Below, one piece after another: positions 42,743 to 55,725 of a stretch of DNA of 64,000 nt. The notes below the pieces were generated by a model. The model ran no database searches. It was not told where the DNA came from and saw only the letters and a program-made list of their open reading frames with translations. The first letter of the stretch is position 1. Every line of letters begins with the position of its first letter. The stretch comes from Macrostomum lignano (lineage: Eukaryota), in NCBI GenBank assembly GCA_002269645.1, contig NIVC01001581.1:1-64000 (forward strand), written 5' to 3'. Made by a program: the position numbers and the translations under genes.

Positions 42743-43297
42743 TCTCCGAGGTTCCGCAAACCCCTGGGGTTTGGGCCACAGACACCAGCTGCGGCTGCTA
42801 ATGCTTGAGAGCAGCTGAAGCTATAGTCTATGGTCTTAACCTCGGCGTTCTCGCTCTGAGTAGCCCATCTAAGGTTACGAGTGTATAAAAAACCTGCGGT
42901 CCCCGCAGTCGATATACCCTAGTAAAAACTATATGCATCGTTGAGAAGCAAATTTTAAATTGGTGGCTAATTAAATTTAGAGGGTTTGATCATTTTCTAT
43001 TTTCCATTTAATATCGAGGAAGATATATCACATTCTATCCATGAAATAAGGCTTGATTGATAACTGATACGGTATTTAAATCGTCAAATGTTCCATTTCT
43101 CAGCAAGCAATCGAATCTCTGAAAAAATTTCTTTGGCCACATTTAAGCTAGCAACCTTCAATCCACAGATCGGTTTTCAAAGGCAAACAATTTCGCATTG
43201 TTGAAGCTGAAATAAAAGAAGCTCATTGAAAATGATGCTAGCAACGTAAAAGGGTAAGGCCTCAAGACAGAGAGAAGGTAGTCGACCAAAAAATTCG

Positions 43298-43586
43298 AGT
43301 GCGCAGCTTAGTGGTCAAAGCGTCGGACTCGCGACTGAAAGGTCGAGGGTTCGATTCTTGACCCACTCGGAACAATTGTGTCCTTGAGCAAGGCACTTCA
43401 CTCCTTCACTCTGCATTGCTTCAGTTCACCCAGCTGTAGAATGGGTGCCAGCAGCATTAGCTGGGGTAATTGAGGGTGTGTGGCGACCCCCCCCCCCCAG
43501 TCCTTGGACTGAACAGCCGTACGCAGCCTTCAGATGCGCCGCGCAATAGCTGCGGCTGAGCTGTCGGCTGCACATCTGGCCATTAT
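43298..43586 (+). mobile_element. SINE family 1 copy
   Basis: Colinear with 38796-39105, tail lost. Confidence 0.85.
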
Positions 43587-44107
43587 AACATGTGTGATGG
43601 GTTATTGTTATGCAATATATTATTTTAGTTCACGCAGTAAATATTATTTAAGTTCATTAGCTACTTTTGCGTTTCATAGTCGTTGTCTTCAAGAACAGCA
43701 GCCCAACCAACAGGACCTTTCTCCTTACAGCTAACTCTGAAGCAACAATCGGCAGAGGAGAAATCGATGCACGTGTGCATAGGTTCAGCAAATTCGCACT
43801 GAACAAGCAGCACCAATTACTCCCGGAGAGCTTGTTCAGCTTAAGCTTTTGTTCTATCGGTGCTTCTTCAAAAGCTGCGTATCCGCGCAGCTGCATGGTC
43901 TTAGGATTTTATTGTTCAACACTTTACCTTAGTTCACCTAGCATGTCCTTTGAACTTTCTGAGAGTTCTGTTACCAAGCTGAAGAGGACCAACAATGAGG
44001 TACCGAGAGGTCTTTTCTGATGCATTGAATCGAACAAGGCCATGAACAAATGGAGCCAATTTCGCTTTAACTCTGTTGCGTTGAGGGTTTAAATTCAATC
44101 AGTCAGT

Positions 44108-44116
44108 TTGTAAGAC

Positions 44117-44175
<59 letters not shown>

Positions 44176-44208
44176 TACTAAGACAGACAGACAGACAGAC
44201 ACAGACAC

Positions 44209-44245
<37 letters not shown>

Positions 44246-44336
44246 TACTAAGACAGACAGACAGACAGACAGACACACAGACAGACAGACAGACAGACAG
44301 ACAGATACTAAGACAGACAGAGAGACAGACAGACAC

Positions 44337-44391
<55 letters not shown>

Positions 44392-44392
44392 C

Positions 44393-44459
<67 letters not shown>

Positions 44460-44460
44460 C

Positions 44461-44526
<66 letters not shown>

Positions 44527-44527
44527 T
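44108..44527. repeat. (AGAC)n microsatellite
   Basis: Direct reading. Confidence 0.97.
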
Positions 44528-44746
44528 ATACACATAACATGCACCGAGACAGAATCACAAGCTCACACTATTTGTATTTGTCTTTCCTTCCATCCTGATT
44601 GGTTTAGAATCCCAAGCCAACAGACGATACCGCAAGAAGAGCACGAGATCGCACTAAAACATAAAAAAAAGTCTGCAACAAAGATGAAGGCGGTAGCTCA
44701 GCTTCCCAGAGATTGAACAGTCTGTATCGCTCAGTGAAACAAAGCC

Positions 44747-46584
44747 ATGTCAGACACAGACAGGCTGACAAATTCCTCAGAGCTGCAGCCGATCCAGTGC
44801 ATGAAAGAGTACACGGACACCTTCAATCAGAGCGACTGGTTCAGCAGCTTGGCACCCTGGATTTACCTGATCGTGTCTATCGCTGGCATCCTGTTAAATG
44901 CCGCAGTGATTTGGCTGTTAGGATTGAATCGAATGCACATGAGTAAAAATCCCAGGATTTTGGTGATCAACCAGTCCAGCATTGATTTAATACTGAACTG
45001 TGTAGCTGGTGCTAAATGGTCAACTGTCTACTTGCCGAATAGAGTGCCAGCTAACCTAATTGGCAGCATTGTCTGTCATATCTGGTACACCCAGAGCGCT
45101 ATGTGGGTGCTGATTAATGCCAGCACCGTAAGTTTATCGGTGTTGTCACTGTTTAACCCCCCTCCCCCCTATAACTCTACTTAAAAATCCTTCAGATACA
45201 AGCAGCCAAGCTGGACGAATGACAGGAACTCAACTTTTGCCACCTCTTTGATGGGGCTTGGATTTGACGCCACCCCTCCCCCCCCCCAAGAGTCAGGGGC
45301 CGCCAACCAATAGACAGGGGCGCCCACCAATACACAGGGGGCCGCCCCTGAGACAGGAGAGACAAGAGACAGGGGCGCCCACCAAGAGACAGGGCGCGCC
45401 TACCAAGACACAGGGACGCCCACCAATAAACAGGGGCGCCCACCAAGAGACAGGGGGCGCCCACCAAGAGACAGGGGGCGCCCACCAAGAGACAGGGGGC
45501 GCCCACCAAGAGACAGGGGGCGCCCACCAAGAGACAGGGGCGCCCACCAATAAACAGGGGCGCCAACCAAGAGACAGAACGCGCTCACCAAGAGACAGGG
45601 CGCGCTCACCAAGACACCAAAAGTTGGCGCTCCTGAGAGCTGCAGCCCCCTCTAATTAGAATTCCAGCGCATGCACGAGGCAATTTCTTCGAAAGCCAAA
45701 AGTAAAACGCCCTCGTTTGTCCGCAGTTCAACCTCCAGCTGATCACCATTGAACGCTACTTGGCCATCGTGAAGCCCATGGTGCGGCGTCAGCTCTGGAA
45801 GGTGAAACTGGCCTGTATCCTGATGTGGTTCCTGGGCGTCGCTCATCAGTGGAAGATTTTCATGGACGTCGGTCGCGGAGGTCGCTACGGGACCTGCTGC
45901 GCACTCACAGGCTTTATCTCTGCATCTGTCGCTCTGTCCTACGGAGTCATCAACTACAGTTTGAAGTTTTTCCTGCCGCTGCTGATCATGTGCTTCTGCT
46001 ACGGCCGCATGATCCTAGTGCTGAGACGCCGTAGCCGGTTCTGCCTGCCGTCGGATGCTCAATCAAAGAAACTGGCCGCATCTCGAGTGCTCATCAAGAC
46101 CTTCATGATCGCTGGAGCAGCCTACGTTTTGTGCTTCGTCACTAATCAAACTAACTACGTTCTGATATCGTTTAACATCATCGCGAACAACTACCAGTCG
46201 TTTTTCTACAACGTGACGCTGTTTTTAGTGAACATCAACGCCGTAGTCAATCCGGTGATCTACGCCACCTTCCTGCCGCGGCTGAGAACAGCTTTCCGTT
46301 TCGAATGTCAAAGGCTTTTCTGCTGTTGCTGTCGCGCTCTGACGAAAAACAATCGCCGATCCTACGAGGACCGCGCCGACGTCGAAGGCTACAAACATTC
46401 CGACAGGAACTGCAAGGATAAAGTTCAAAATACTGGCGACTCGGACGACTCCGCGGGGTACGTCGTAATGCCGAAGCCGCCAGTTCGAGCTACAAAAATT
46501 AATAAAACTAACAACAAACGGAAGGGAAAAGCAACTACACAGGACAGAGGCGGTGGTAGCAACAGCTGCGACACAGTGCTGTAA
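44747..46584 (+). CDS. Rhodopsin-like (class A) orphan GPCR, 2 exons
   Basis: Exons 44747-45127 (donor GTAAGT) and 45727-46584 join in phase 0. Motifs: GILLN in TM1, NQSSIDL in TM2, C at the top of TM3, ITIERYLAIV, FFLPLLIMCFCY in TM5, NAVVNPVIY in TM7, Cys-rich helix 8. Confidence 0.9.
45295..45625. repeat. ~21-bp minisatellite in the GPCR intron
   Basis: Unit GGGGGCGCCCACCAAGAGACA. Confidence 0.92.
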
Positions 46585-46804
46585 AACTGGGACTGACAAA
46601 CTGGTGATTGATTCATTTGTCTAACCTTCAAGACAGAAAATTTCAACGTAATACGATGTGAAGAACAAAATAAATGTGGAACATATATGCCTGTGGCGTA
46701 GCCATTCAGCACAGCAATTAGAGAGCCAGGTGCGCCAGTAGCGGGATTTAGCCTCAGGGGCTTCAGGTGGAGTAGACTTTATATTCTCAGGGTGGAGTAG
46801 AGTT

Positions 46805-47205
46805 TTAACATCAGGGGCTTTAGCACAAGGGACTTTAGCACCGGGGGCTTTAGCACCAGGGGCTTTAGCACAAGGGACTTTAGCATCGGGGCTTTAGCAC
46901 CATAGACTTTAACACCAGGGGCTTTAGCATCAAGGACTTCAGCACCATGGACTTTAGCACCATGGACTTTAACACCAGGGGCTTTAGCATCAAGGGCTTC
47001 AGCAACATGGACTTTAGCACAAGGGACTTTAGCATCGGGGCTTTAGCACCATAGACTTTAGTATCATAGACTTTAGCACCAGGGGCTTTAGCACCATGGA
47101 CTTTAACACCAGGGGCTTTAGCACCAAGGCTTTAGCAGCAGAGGCTTCAGCACCAGGGGCCTTATCTCCCTGGGTGCCAGCAGCACCAGACACTTTAGCA
47201 CCCTT
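46805..47205. repeat. Degenerate GGGCTTTAGCACC repeat
   Basis: Direct reading. Confidence 0.85.
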
Positions 47206-47904
47206 TATAAGGACATGAATTACAAAGCTCTGTGTCCATCACAACCTTTTTTGTTGTCTAACTGTTTCTACTAGGCGTGATTTACGAAACTTATGTGTTC
47301 ACTCGTAGTAGATCCCTAGCTTTATCATAATGCTTATTATTCACATCCATGTTATAATACTCCTATTTTCTGTCAACTTGTTTATCAAACCCATTCTCCT
47401 TGTCTTATGGTGTTATAAAAACTTTTCTGTAACTGTCAGTTTCTTTACCAAAACGTAATAGACTGTTCGTATATTCAAATTACTTACTTATGCGCTGACT
47501 TCTATCGTGTGCAGGACTGTCAGTCTTAACAGACATGTACGTAACAGCTCCAAACAAAAGAAAAATATTTATTCAACAAAAAATTCATTTAGCCTACAAA
47601 ATATTTATCCTTACTATCAAGTGGGATGAATGAAACCTTTTTCTGTGTATTTTTTTTAAAACTGTTTGACTAAAGTGGCAACCCAGATATAATGTAGCTA
47701 TTTATAAGCAAAAAAGATTTGATTAAAACAAAATTTAACCGTTCTAAGTAAAATAATTGGCTCATGAACTTGGTCTCTGCTATGAATGAAGGTTATTTAG
47801 TTAGTTAAGTAAGTTTTAGGAAGGAGTTAAATAGGGAAGTGCATATATAGAGTTAAGAATCTGTTTAGTGCAGAACTTAGAATCATGTGGAGTTGGCTTC
47901 TGGA

Positions 47905-48292
47905 GTGGTGTAGAGTTCAGGGTGGTGTAGACTTGATACTCTCAGGGTGGTGTAGACTTGATACTCTCAGGGTGGTGTACACTTGATACTCTCAGGGTGG
48001 TGTACACTTGATACTCTCAGGGTGGTGTACACTTGATACTCTCAGGGTGGTGTACACTTGATACTCTCAGGGTGGTGTACACTTGATACTCTCAGGGTGG
48101 TGTACACTTGATACTCTCAGGGTGGTGTAGACTTGATACTGTCAGGGTGGAGTAGAGTTGATACTCTCAGGGTGGAGTAGAGTTGATACTCTCAGGGTGG
48201 AGTAGAGTTGATACTCTCAGGGTGGTGTAGAGTTGATACTCTCAGGGTAGTGTAGAGTTGATACTCTCAAGGTGGTGTAGAGTTGATACTCA
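47905..48292. repeat. 25-bp minisatellite between the GPCR and TUG 3' ends
   Basis: Unit CTCAGGGTGGTGTACACTTGATACT; one related monomer at about 46785. Confidence 0.93.
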
Positions 48293-48605
48293 GAGTGATT
48301 TTTGATACTGAAAGTGTGATAGTTGATCCCTAAGGTGGTGGCAGATATTATACGTACTAAGCTATCAACAATTTGCCTGATAAAAATATTATTACTAGGC
48401 TTAATAACTTACGTATTTTAAACGCAGCTTAGCAGTTCACTGGGTAAATAAATACATTAGAAGAGTATATGCGAACGTTTGAAAATCAAAAGCATTCACG
48501 AGACAACAGTAACAAAAGTAAGGTTCAGAATAAAAAAGTTGATTATTTCGAATCATTCCTTTCTCCAAATTCAAGTTTTTTTGCTATTAACAGCAGATAG
48601 TCGCG

Positions 48606-51600
48606 CTATTTCTTGAACCATTTTGGCACAACATTAGCGGCACGTTGAGCGCTGGGTCCAGAAGAACCCGCAGTTGCAGATGAAGCTGCTGATGTACGAT
48701 TCTGTTGCTGTTGTTGTTGCTGTCTAGCATAGATTGGCTCCACTGCTGACTTCATGCTAAAATAAAAAACGGCAATTCAGGTAGTTCGATCTGGTGTTTG
48801 TAACTACTATAGGTCCGAAAATATGCAAACGCTTGACACAAAAATCTTGTTACTTTCTACACTACTCTACTGTCAGTAGAAAAAACAGACTGTTTGCATA
48901 AAAAATCACGTTGAAAAAATCTGAAATATTTTTTACCAGTCAAGAGCGACTTTATCGCAATCAGCACGACTGCTAATTAGTTGTAGAACATCCGGCTTTA
49001 GATACGACTCGCCTGAAATATTGAGTGCATGCAGCGTGAATTATGCTTTGTTAACGACTAATGAGGAGAATTCTATATAAAAATCTCTCGTGTCCTCACC
49101 TTCGGGTAGCGAGTTACGAAATCCGACGTGCACAATTGGCATAGGAACTAAGTCGGCCTGTAAACATTTTTGATAGACTTATGCAAATATTTTTTTCGAA
49201 ATATGAACAGGCTTACAGGTGAAAAAATTCTTACATGAATTAGAAATTGAGCCATATCTGTAATTTCCTTCTTTGGTGGAGTTGTATCTGAAAATTAATT
49301 TTTTAACTTAGGTCAGCAACTGAGGCCCAGCAACTGAGGATCTGGGAGGCTGGCCCAGCAACTGAAGATCTGGGAGGCTGGCCCAGCAACTGAAGATCTG
49401 GGAGGCTCGCCCAGCAACTGAGGATCTGGGAGGCTGACCAAGCAACTGAGGATCTGGGAGGCTGGCCAAGCAACTGAGGATCTGGGAGGGTTGCCAGTAA
49501 CTGAGGATCTGGGAGGGTTGCCAGCAACTGAGGATCTGGGAGGCTGGCCAAGCAACTGAGGATCTGGGAGGCTGGCCCAGCAACTGAGGATCTGGGAGGG
49601 TTGCCAGTAACTGAGGATCTGGGAGGGTTGCCAGTAACTGAGGATCTGGGAGGGTTACCAGCAACTGAGGATCTGGGAGGCTGGCCAAGCAAATGAGGAT
49701 CTGGGAGGGTTGCCAGCAACTGAGGATCTGGGAGGCTGGCCCAGCAACTGAGGATCTGGGAGGCTGACCCAGCAACTGAGGATCTGGGAGGGTTGCCAAA
49801 CCCCAGCTACAGTATCAGTCCCCGCACTCACACAGGTAGAACACCCCAGCAGCCTGAGCACTGTCGCTTAGCAACTGTTCCCGCACAAATTTATACAAAG
49901 TGTAGACAGTCTCTCGTGGTCGAAATGCGGCTTGAACAACTCGCCGATCTGGGAAGAACAGGCGAATAACGGTGTACTCATAGCAGGAGTACAGATCCTC
50001 TCGTTGGCGCTCTCGCTGCTGTCTGGTGAGCAACTGACCGTTGGTTTCTTCCTCACTGCAAATTCATTTATTTCAAGTTAATTATTTAGCACAAAATTAA
50101 AAACACAAAAATGTTTAACTATATTAGTGCAAACCTACACTTTTCGTTTCAAGTCGGCAGCCAATTTGCGTAAATCAGATTCTGTTACGTGGAAAAAACT
50201 TTCGTCTGGTTCCTCTGAAATTGACGTGTATAATTTATATTTAAAGGGATAAGTGCTAGTATTTAGTTTAGTCGGTGTGTCAGACGGTACCAAGATCAGT
50301 GTGTCAGACGGTGCTAAGATCGGTGTGTCAGACGGTGCCAAGATCAGTGTGTCAGACAGTGCTAAGATCAGTGTGTCAGACGGTGCCAAGATCAGTGTGT
50401 CAGACAGTGCCAAGATCTGTGTGTCAGACGGTACTAAGATAGCTGTGTCAGACGGTGCTAAGATCAGTGTGTCAGATGGTGCCAAGATCAGTGTGTCAGA
50501 CAGTGCCAAGATCAGTGTGTCAGACAGTGCTAAGATCAGTGTGTCAGACAGTGCCAAGATCAGTGTGTCAGACAGTGCCAAGATCAGTGTGTCAGACGGT
50601 GCTAAGATCGGTGTGTCAGACGGTGCCAAGATCAGTGTGTCAGAGAGTGCTAAGATCAGTGTGTCAGACAGTGCCAAGATCAGTGTGTCAGACAGTGCTA
50701 AGATCAGTGTGTCAGACAGTGCCAAGATCAGTGTGTCAGACAGTGCCAAGATCAGTGTGTCAGACAGTGACAAGATCAGTGTGTCAGACAGTGCTAAGAT
50801 CAGTGTGTCAGACGGTGCCAAGATCAGTGTGTCAGACAGTGCCAAGATCTGTGTGTCAGACGGTACTAAGATAGCTGTGTCAGACGGTGCTAAGATCAGT
50901 GTGTCAGATGGTGCCAAGATCAGTGTGTCAGACGGTGCCAAGATCAGTGTGTCAGAGAGTGCTAAGAACAGTGTGTCAGACAGTGCTAAGATCAGTGTGT
51001 CAGACAGTGCTAAGATCAGTGTGTCAGACAGTGCCAAGATCAGTGTGTCAGACAGTGCTAAGATCAGTGTGTCAGACAGTGCCAAGATCAGTGTGTCAGA
51101 CAGTGCCAAGATCAGTGTGTCAGACAGTGACAAGATCAGTGTGTCAGACAGTGCCAAGTTCAGTGTGTCAGACGGTGCCAAGATCGCCAGATCGGTGTGT
51201 CAGACGGTGCCAAGATTGATGTACAAGGGACGCCTAAGACTTCTGAAAGTCAAAATACTATAGCATAAAGCAATCCGCAACACCAACCGAGTTCCATCGC
51301 CTGTTCGCCGCCACTCGAAGCCTGATTGGCTGCTGCCGACTCTGCAGCCACAGCCTTGGCAGGCGCCCCGGCCACATAGCCGCACAGTCGCCTATTGCAG
51401 GCAACAAACTCGGCTGGACGAACTTCGGCCAATTCGTTCCTATAGAGATCTTGGCCGGCCGTTTCTTCGGGAAATTTGAACGGTCGGTTTGGTCCATAGA
51501 CAATGACGGCATGCTCCGCCGAGTCTGCGGCTGCGGCGGCCGCTTGCGGCACCGCCATAGATTCGAAATCGGGCATGTTCAGCGCTTCGGCCAGGGTTCT

Positions 51601-54600
51601 CGGCTGGGGGGGGGGTTGAGAAACAAACTTAGCTGAATGTGTATACGCACCAGCGATTGTCTACTTCCGGGTTAATCTGCACCAGCTATTGTCTACTTCC
51701 GGTTAATCTGCACCAGCTATTGTCTACTTCCGGTTAATCTGCACCAGCTATTGTCTACTTCCGGTTAATCTGCATCAGCTATTGTCTACTTTAAAAAATC
51801 TAATTTTCTTATCTATCTAAATAAGCTATAGTTTGATCTATCTGCAGATCAGCTACAGATCTATCTGCAGATCAGCTACAGATCTATCTGCAGATCAGCT
51901 ACAGATCTATCTGCAGATCAGCTACAGATCTATCTGCAGATCAGCTACAGATCTATCTGCAGATCAGCTACAGATCTATCTGCAGACCAGCTACAGATCT
52001 ATCTGCAGATCAGCTACAGATCTATCTGCAGATCAGCTACAGATCTATCTGCAGACCAGCTACAGATCTATCTGCAGATCAGCTACAGATCTATCTGCAG
52101 ATCAGCTACAGATCTATCTGCAGATCAGCTACAGATCTATCTGCAGATCAGCTACAGATCTATCTGCAGATCAGCTACAGATCTATCTGCAGATCAGCTA
52201 CAGATCTATCTGCAGATCAGCTACAGATCTATCTGCAGATCAGCTACAGATCTATCTGCAGATCAGCTACAGATCTATCTGCAGATCAGCTACAGATCTA
52301 TCTGCAGATCAGCTACAGATCTATCTGCAGATTAGAATGGTGTCCACTCTGTGAGCTAAGCTGAAAAACAGTCTTAATAAATTTGATAAGCTAACAAACC
52401 TCTCTGGCCTGATTGGCAGCCGGACGTCTATTCCGCGTTGACTCGTCAGTTTCAGGCCACTTAGGAACCTCGCGAAAAGGACTAAACAAATTAACGGCAT
52501 TGGATTCTGCGGCGATTGCGCCTCTGCTACTACTGCTACTTTCAGTAGTAGGATAGCTAGCCTGGGTGCTAGTAGCAGTAGGCTCAGTAACCGGCTCAGT
52601 GGGTGCACGACTTGGCGGTGGCGGCGGCGCTTGAGCAGCGGACGAAGATGTCGCAGTTTCTGGCGGTTGGACCCGAGCTCGATTCCTGGATTCGGCCAGC
52701 TCAGCAGCGGCTGCCAGTTTCTCGGGCGGCACAGGCCTGTAGAGAAGGCGCAGCAGTGCCGGGGCGCCGCCGGGCGCCAGGCCGATCTGACGCAGGCTGG
52801 TATGGCGCAGCGCCACGGCGCCTGGCACTTCGTGACGCGTGTAAACCAGAACTGGATGCTGGTCGGCTGGCGACTCCGGTGGAATCCAGCTGTGAAAGAC
52901 GGTGCGAAGGCAATTCGCCAGGTTGTGACAAGGGCTGGGGTAAAGCGAATTTCTCAAGTTGCCAAAGATTGAGGTAAAGGGAATTTCTCAAGTTGCCAAG
53001 GGTTGGGGTAAAGGGAATTTCTCAAGTTGCTAAGGATTGGAATAAAGGGAATTTCCCAAGTTTCTAACGGCTGGGGTAAAGGGAATTTCTCAAGTTGCCA
53101 AAGATTGAGGTAAAGGGAATTTCCCAAGTTTCTAACGGCTGGGGTAAAGGGAATTTCTCAAGTTGCCAAGGGTTGGGGTAAAGGGAATTTCTCGAGTTGC
53201 CAAGGGTTGGGGTAAAGGCTCAAAATCCTAAGACTGCCAAAAACCCATAAGTAGATTTTTAATGCCAAGGGACTGAATGGAAGAGGGGAGCAAGATATAT
53301 TGCTAAGGTTACCAAGGCTTTAAGATGACGCTGGCAATGAGTCTTGGAGTGACAAGTGACTATCAACCCAATAATGATTTTCAGTTGCTAGTTATATTTT
53401 CTCAATTCTTGTTAACTTACCTTGGATACTTTGTAGAAAACAATTCAATCATATCCCATAGGCTAGTGTCACAGGATAGAGTCTCAATATGGCGTTGGGC
53501 ACCAAATTGGAGAGCTATGCTCACTGCATCATTGCTTGCAATCCCAGTAGAGGATTTGACATCAGTAACAGCTTTTTTGGTTGGAGCCTCAGATGCTGGG
53601 ACTAATTCCAGTTCAACCAAGCTGGATAAATTCAATAGCCCAACTGGAGTACTTAGATCTGGGTAAGCTTTGTTATGTCTAAAATGATAAGAAAAAAGTT
53701 AAAATAATAAAATTTAATAGGTAAAGTTAGAAATCAAAGTGTATCTTATATCTTATTAATATATTACTTTAAAGAAGCAATGAAGAAAATTTATAATATC
53801 AATATTAATTATCAATTAAAAAAATTAAAGTTAAGCTATACTTACACAATAGACACCATGACATTGTAAGCAATATATTTTGGAAGTATTAGCTATTTTA
53901 GAATGAGAATATCTAGATTCAGAATCTAAGAACTTGCCACTTGCCTCAATGCAGAATATCTACCACAATGTAAGCTGTGACCCTCTAATACTAGTAATGC
54001 TCAGACTAAGAGAGATCCTCCTTTGGAATGAATATATAAATTGAAATAAGGGGTACATGGATAGATACTATAGTTTGGAAGGTGACATGTACATTGTGAT
54101 TTCCCAGCATACAACAAGGGTAGTTGCCACTTTTAGCATATATCAGCATATATCCTAGCATACATAACACAGAGGAAACATTGTATCTATGAAACACTTT
54201 TTTAGTTCCAACATACAAACAAGGTCTCATCAATTTTCTGGCATTAGACCTGGCATACACTAATACACAAATCAAATGATGGGATAGGCCTACATATAGT
54301 GCCATTAAGACTACTCAGGCCAATAAATATACTACCAATTTTACATATTATACTATTAGAATTAAAAGCATATCAATGTATTATCAAGAAAATAAGTGGA
54401 GGAAAGTAAATTTCTATGACAAATTTAAGTGACAGCAGTTGAGATTTAAGTAATCATCTATATCACAACTTTTGCTGACATTTGTTTATTTGTTAAGATA
54501 GTATAATCAGAAAAACATTATAAAACTTGATGACATTAGTATCCAAAATAAGGTCAGCTTTGTTATAACTTTTGGTGTCAGCTATAGGATTGAAGATAGC

Positions 54601-55725
54601 CCTATAACAACTTTTAGTATCTTAGTGCTAAGAAGTGCTAGGATTGTTATGGCACTATAATATAGCCTAGGCCCCATAGTTAGGAAGATAGTCTTATTCA
54701 CAGAAAATTCTAGTGCAAAAAGAGGTTGGATATGTTCCGCACTAGTGCATTCTGGCACAACAGCATGCAAAGGAGAAAAATCTAGCGCAGTACATCATAA
54801 GACAAAAAATGGTACAATTTGGTGCAAGACAAAAACTTCTGACAAGACAATATTTTCTCTAACAGAAAAGTTGCATGTTATTTCTTTTTAGTACAACTTT
54901 TTATTTGCTAGTATATTGATAGATTTTTAATTAATTTATGTTAATATTACATTTTCTATGACAGTTAAATATAAGTTTTACTAGTACTTTTTAAATAGAA
55001 AATTACATATTTTTGCATTTTTTGTTCTGGCACATAGGGCAAGCAAACTTTTTTTGATAGGATTTGTTCCAGCAAACAGTGCAATCAAACTTTTTTATAG
55101 GATTCATTCTGACACAGGTGTGCCATGATCCTGACTATATCATAGGCCTAGTCATATTATTTAATGAATAAATTTTAGCCCAAAAACAGTTTTAGGTCTA
55201 ACCTTCACAAATGTCTATTTAATAGATTTTAATCAGGACAAAATAACATCTTATTAGTATAAACTCCAACAAGTTTTCAAACTTAACTATTAAAAAATTA
55301 CTTGAATTTGAATAGGCCTAAAACTAAAAGTAAAACTAAAAAATATACATTACAAAATAAAAGTAGTATACCTGAAAATATACTCATGAACTGGCATATA
55401 TCCTTTCTCGATGCACACTTTTTCCAGACCCTGAAAAGGAAAAGGGCAGAAATAAATGGCTTTTTGCTAATTGTCACATCATAAAATTAGTATTCTTATA
55501 AATGCTGTTGTAATTTTTTAAGTTAAGTAAATTTTTAAGTTTATTTGAACTCCTAGACCTGGTACTGGTAGTCCCAGTTGAGCTAATCATAATATTTTTA
55601 ATTTATACAATACTTACTTATTACTTCATTTACTTGATACTTACTTGATAAAGTGGGTTCGATTTTGATACTTCCAAACGATATCTATGCTTGTTAGGAA
55701 GAAAAACTGTAAAAATTTGAGACAT
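48606..55725 (-). CDS. ASPSCR1: TUG / UBX domain-containing tether (ASPSCR1/UBXN9), 11 exons
   Basis: Exons (minus strand): 55725-55645, 55430-55372, 53678-53421, 52889-52400, 51603-51288, 50214-50139, 50055-49832, 49287-49235, 49157-49100, 49012-48937, 48756-48606. All are GT-AG and phase-consistent. Protein shows UBL1 (FLPNKHRYRLEV..LYQGLEKVC), VSIALQ...SLWDMI, UBL2 (TSLRQIGL..GG), FKFP, PDESFFHVT..DL, UBX (IRLFFPDRRVVQAAFRPRETV...FV..YTTPPK) and C-terminal VPKWFK. Confidence 0.92.
49312..49798. repeat. 27-28-bp minisatellite in TUG intron 7
   Basis: Unit GCAACTGAGGATCTGGGAGGCTGGCCCA and variants. Confidence 0.93.
50272..51212. repeat. 24-bp minisatellite in TUG intron 5
   Basis: Unit AGATCAGTGTGTCAGACAGTGC(C/T)A; the length is a multiple of 3, so it creates long ORFs. 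Confidence 0.95.
51650..52332. repeat. Two adjacent minisatellites in TUG intron 4 (~31-bp at 51650-51792, 23-bp at 51835-52332)
   Basis: Units GCTATTGTCTACTTCCGGTTAATCTGCACCA and AGATCTATCTGCAGATCAGCTAC. Confidence 0.95.
52925..53218. repeat. ~34-38-bp tandem repeat in TUG intron 3
   Basis: GGGGTAAAGGGAATTTCTCAAGTTGCCAAGGGTT variants. Confidence 0.9.

Larger units (their letters stand above)
40244..42832 (+). mobile_element. Probable P-like element carrying the THAP gene, with nested insertions
   Basis: Ends CATAGACTAT at 40244 and ATAGTCTATG at 42832. Flanks GTTTTTGC and GTCTTAAC match only 5/8, so the boundaries are tentative. Confidence 0.45.

Noticed and set aside
43600-44090. Coding-like stretch with short ORFs on both strands
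   Set aside because: Stops in all frames and no family motif recognised; possibly an old TE fragment.
50135-51263. 336-348-aa ORFs on both strands
   Set aside because: 24-bp intronic repeat; only the 76-nt TUG exon 6 within it is real.
53835-53895. Apparent AG...GTAAGT mini-exon in TUG intron 2
   Set aside because: The flanking exons already join in frame with TUG-like sequence; no homology support.
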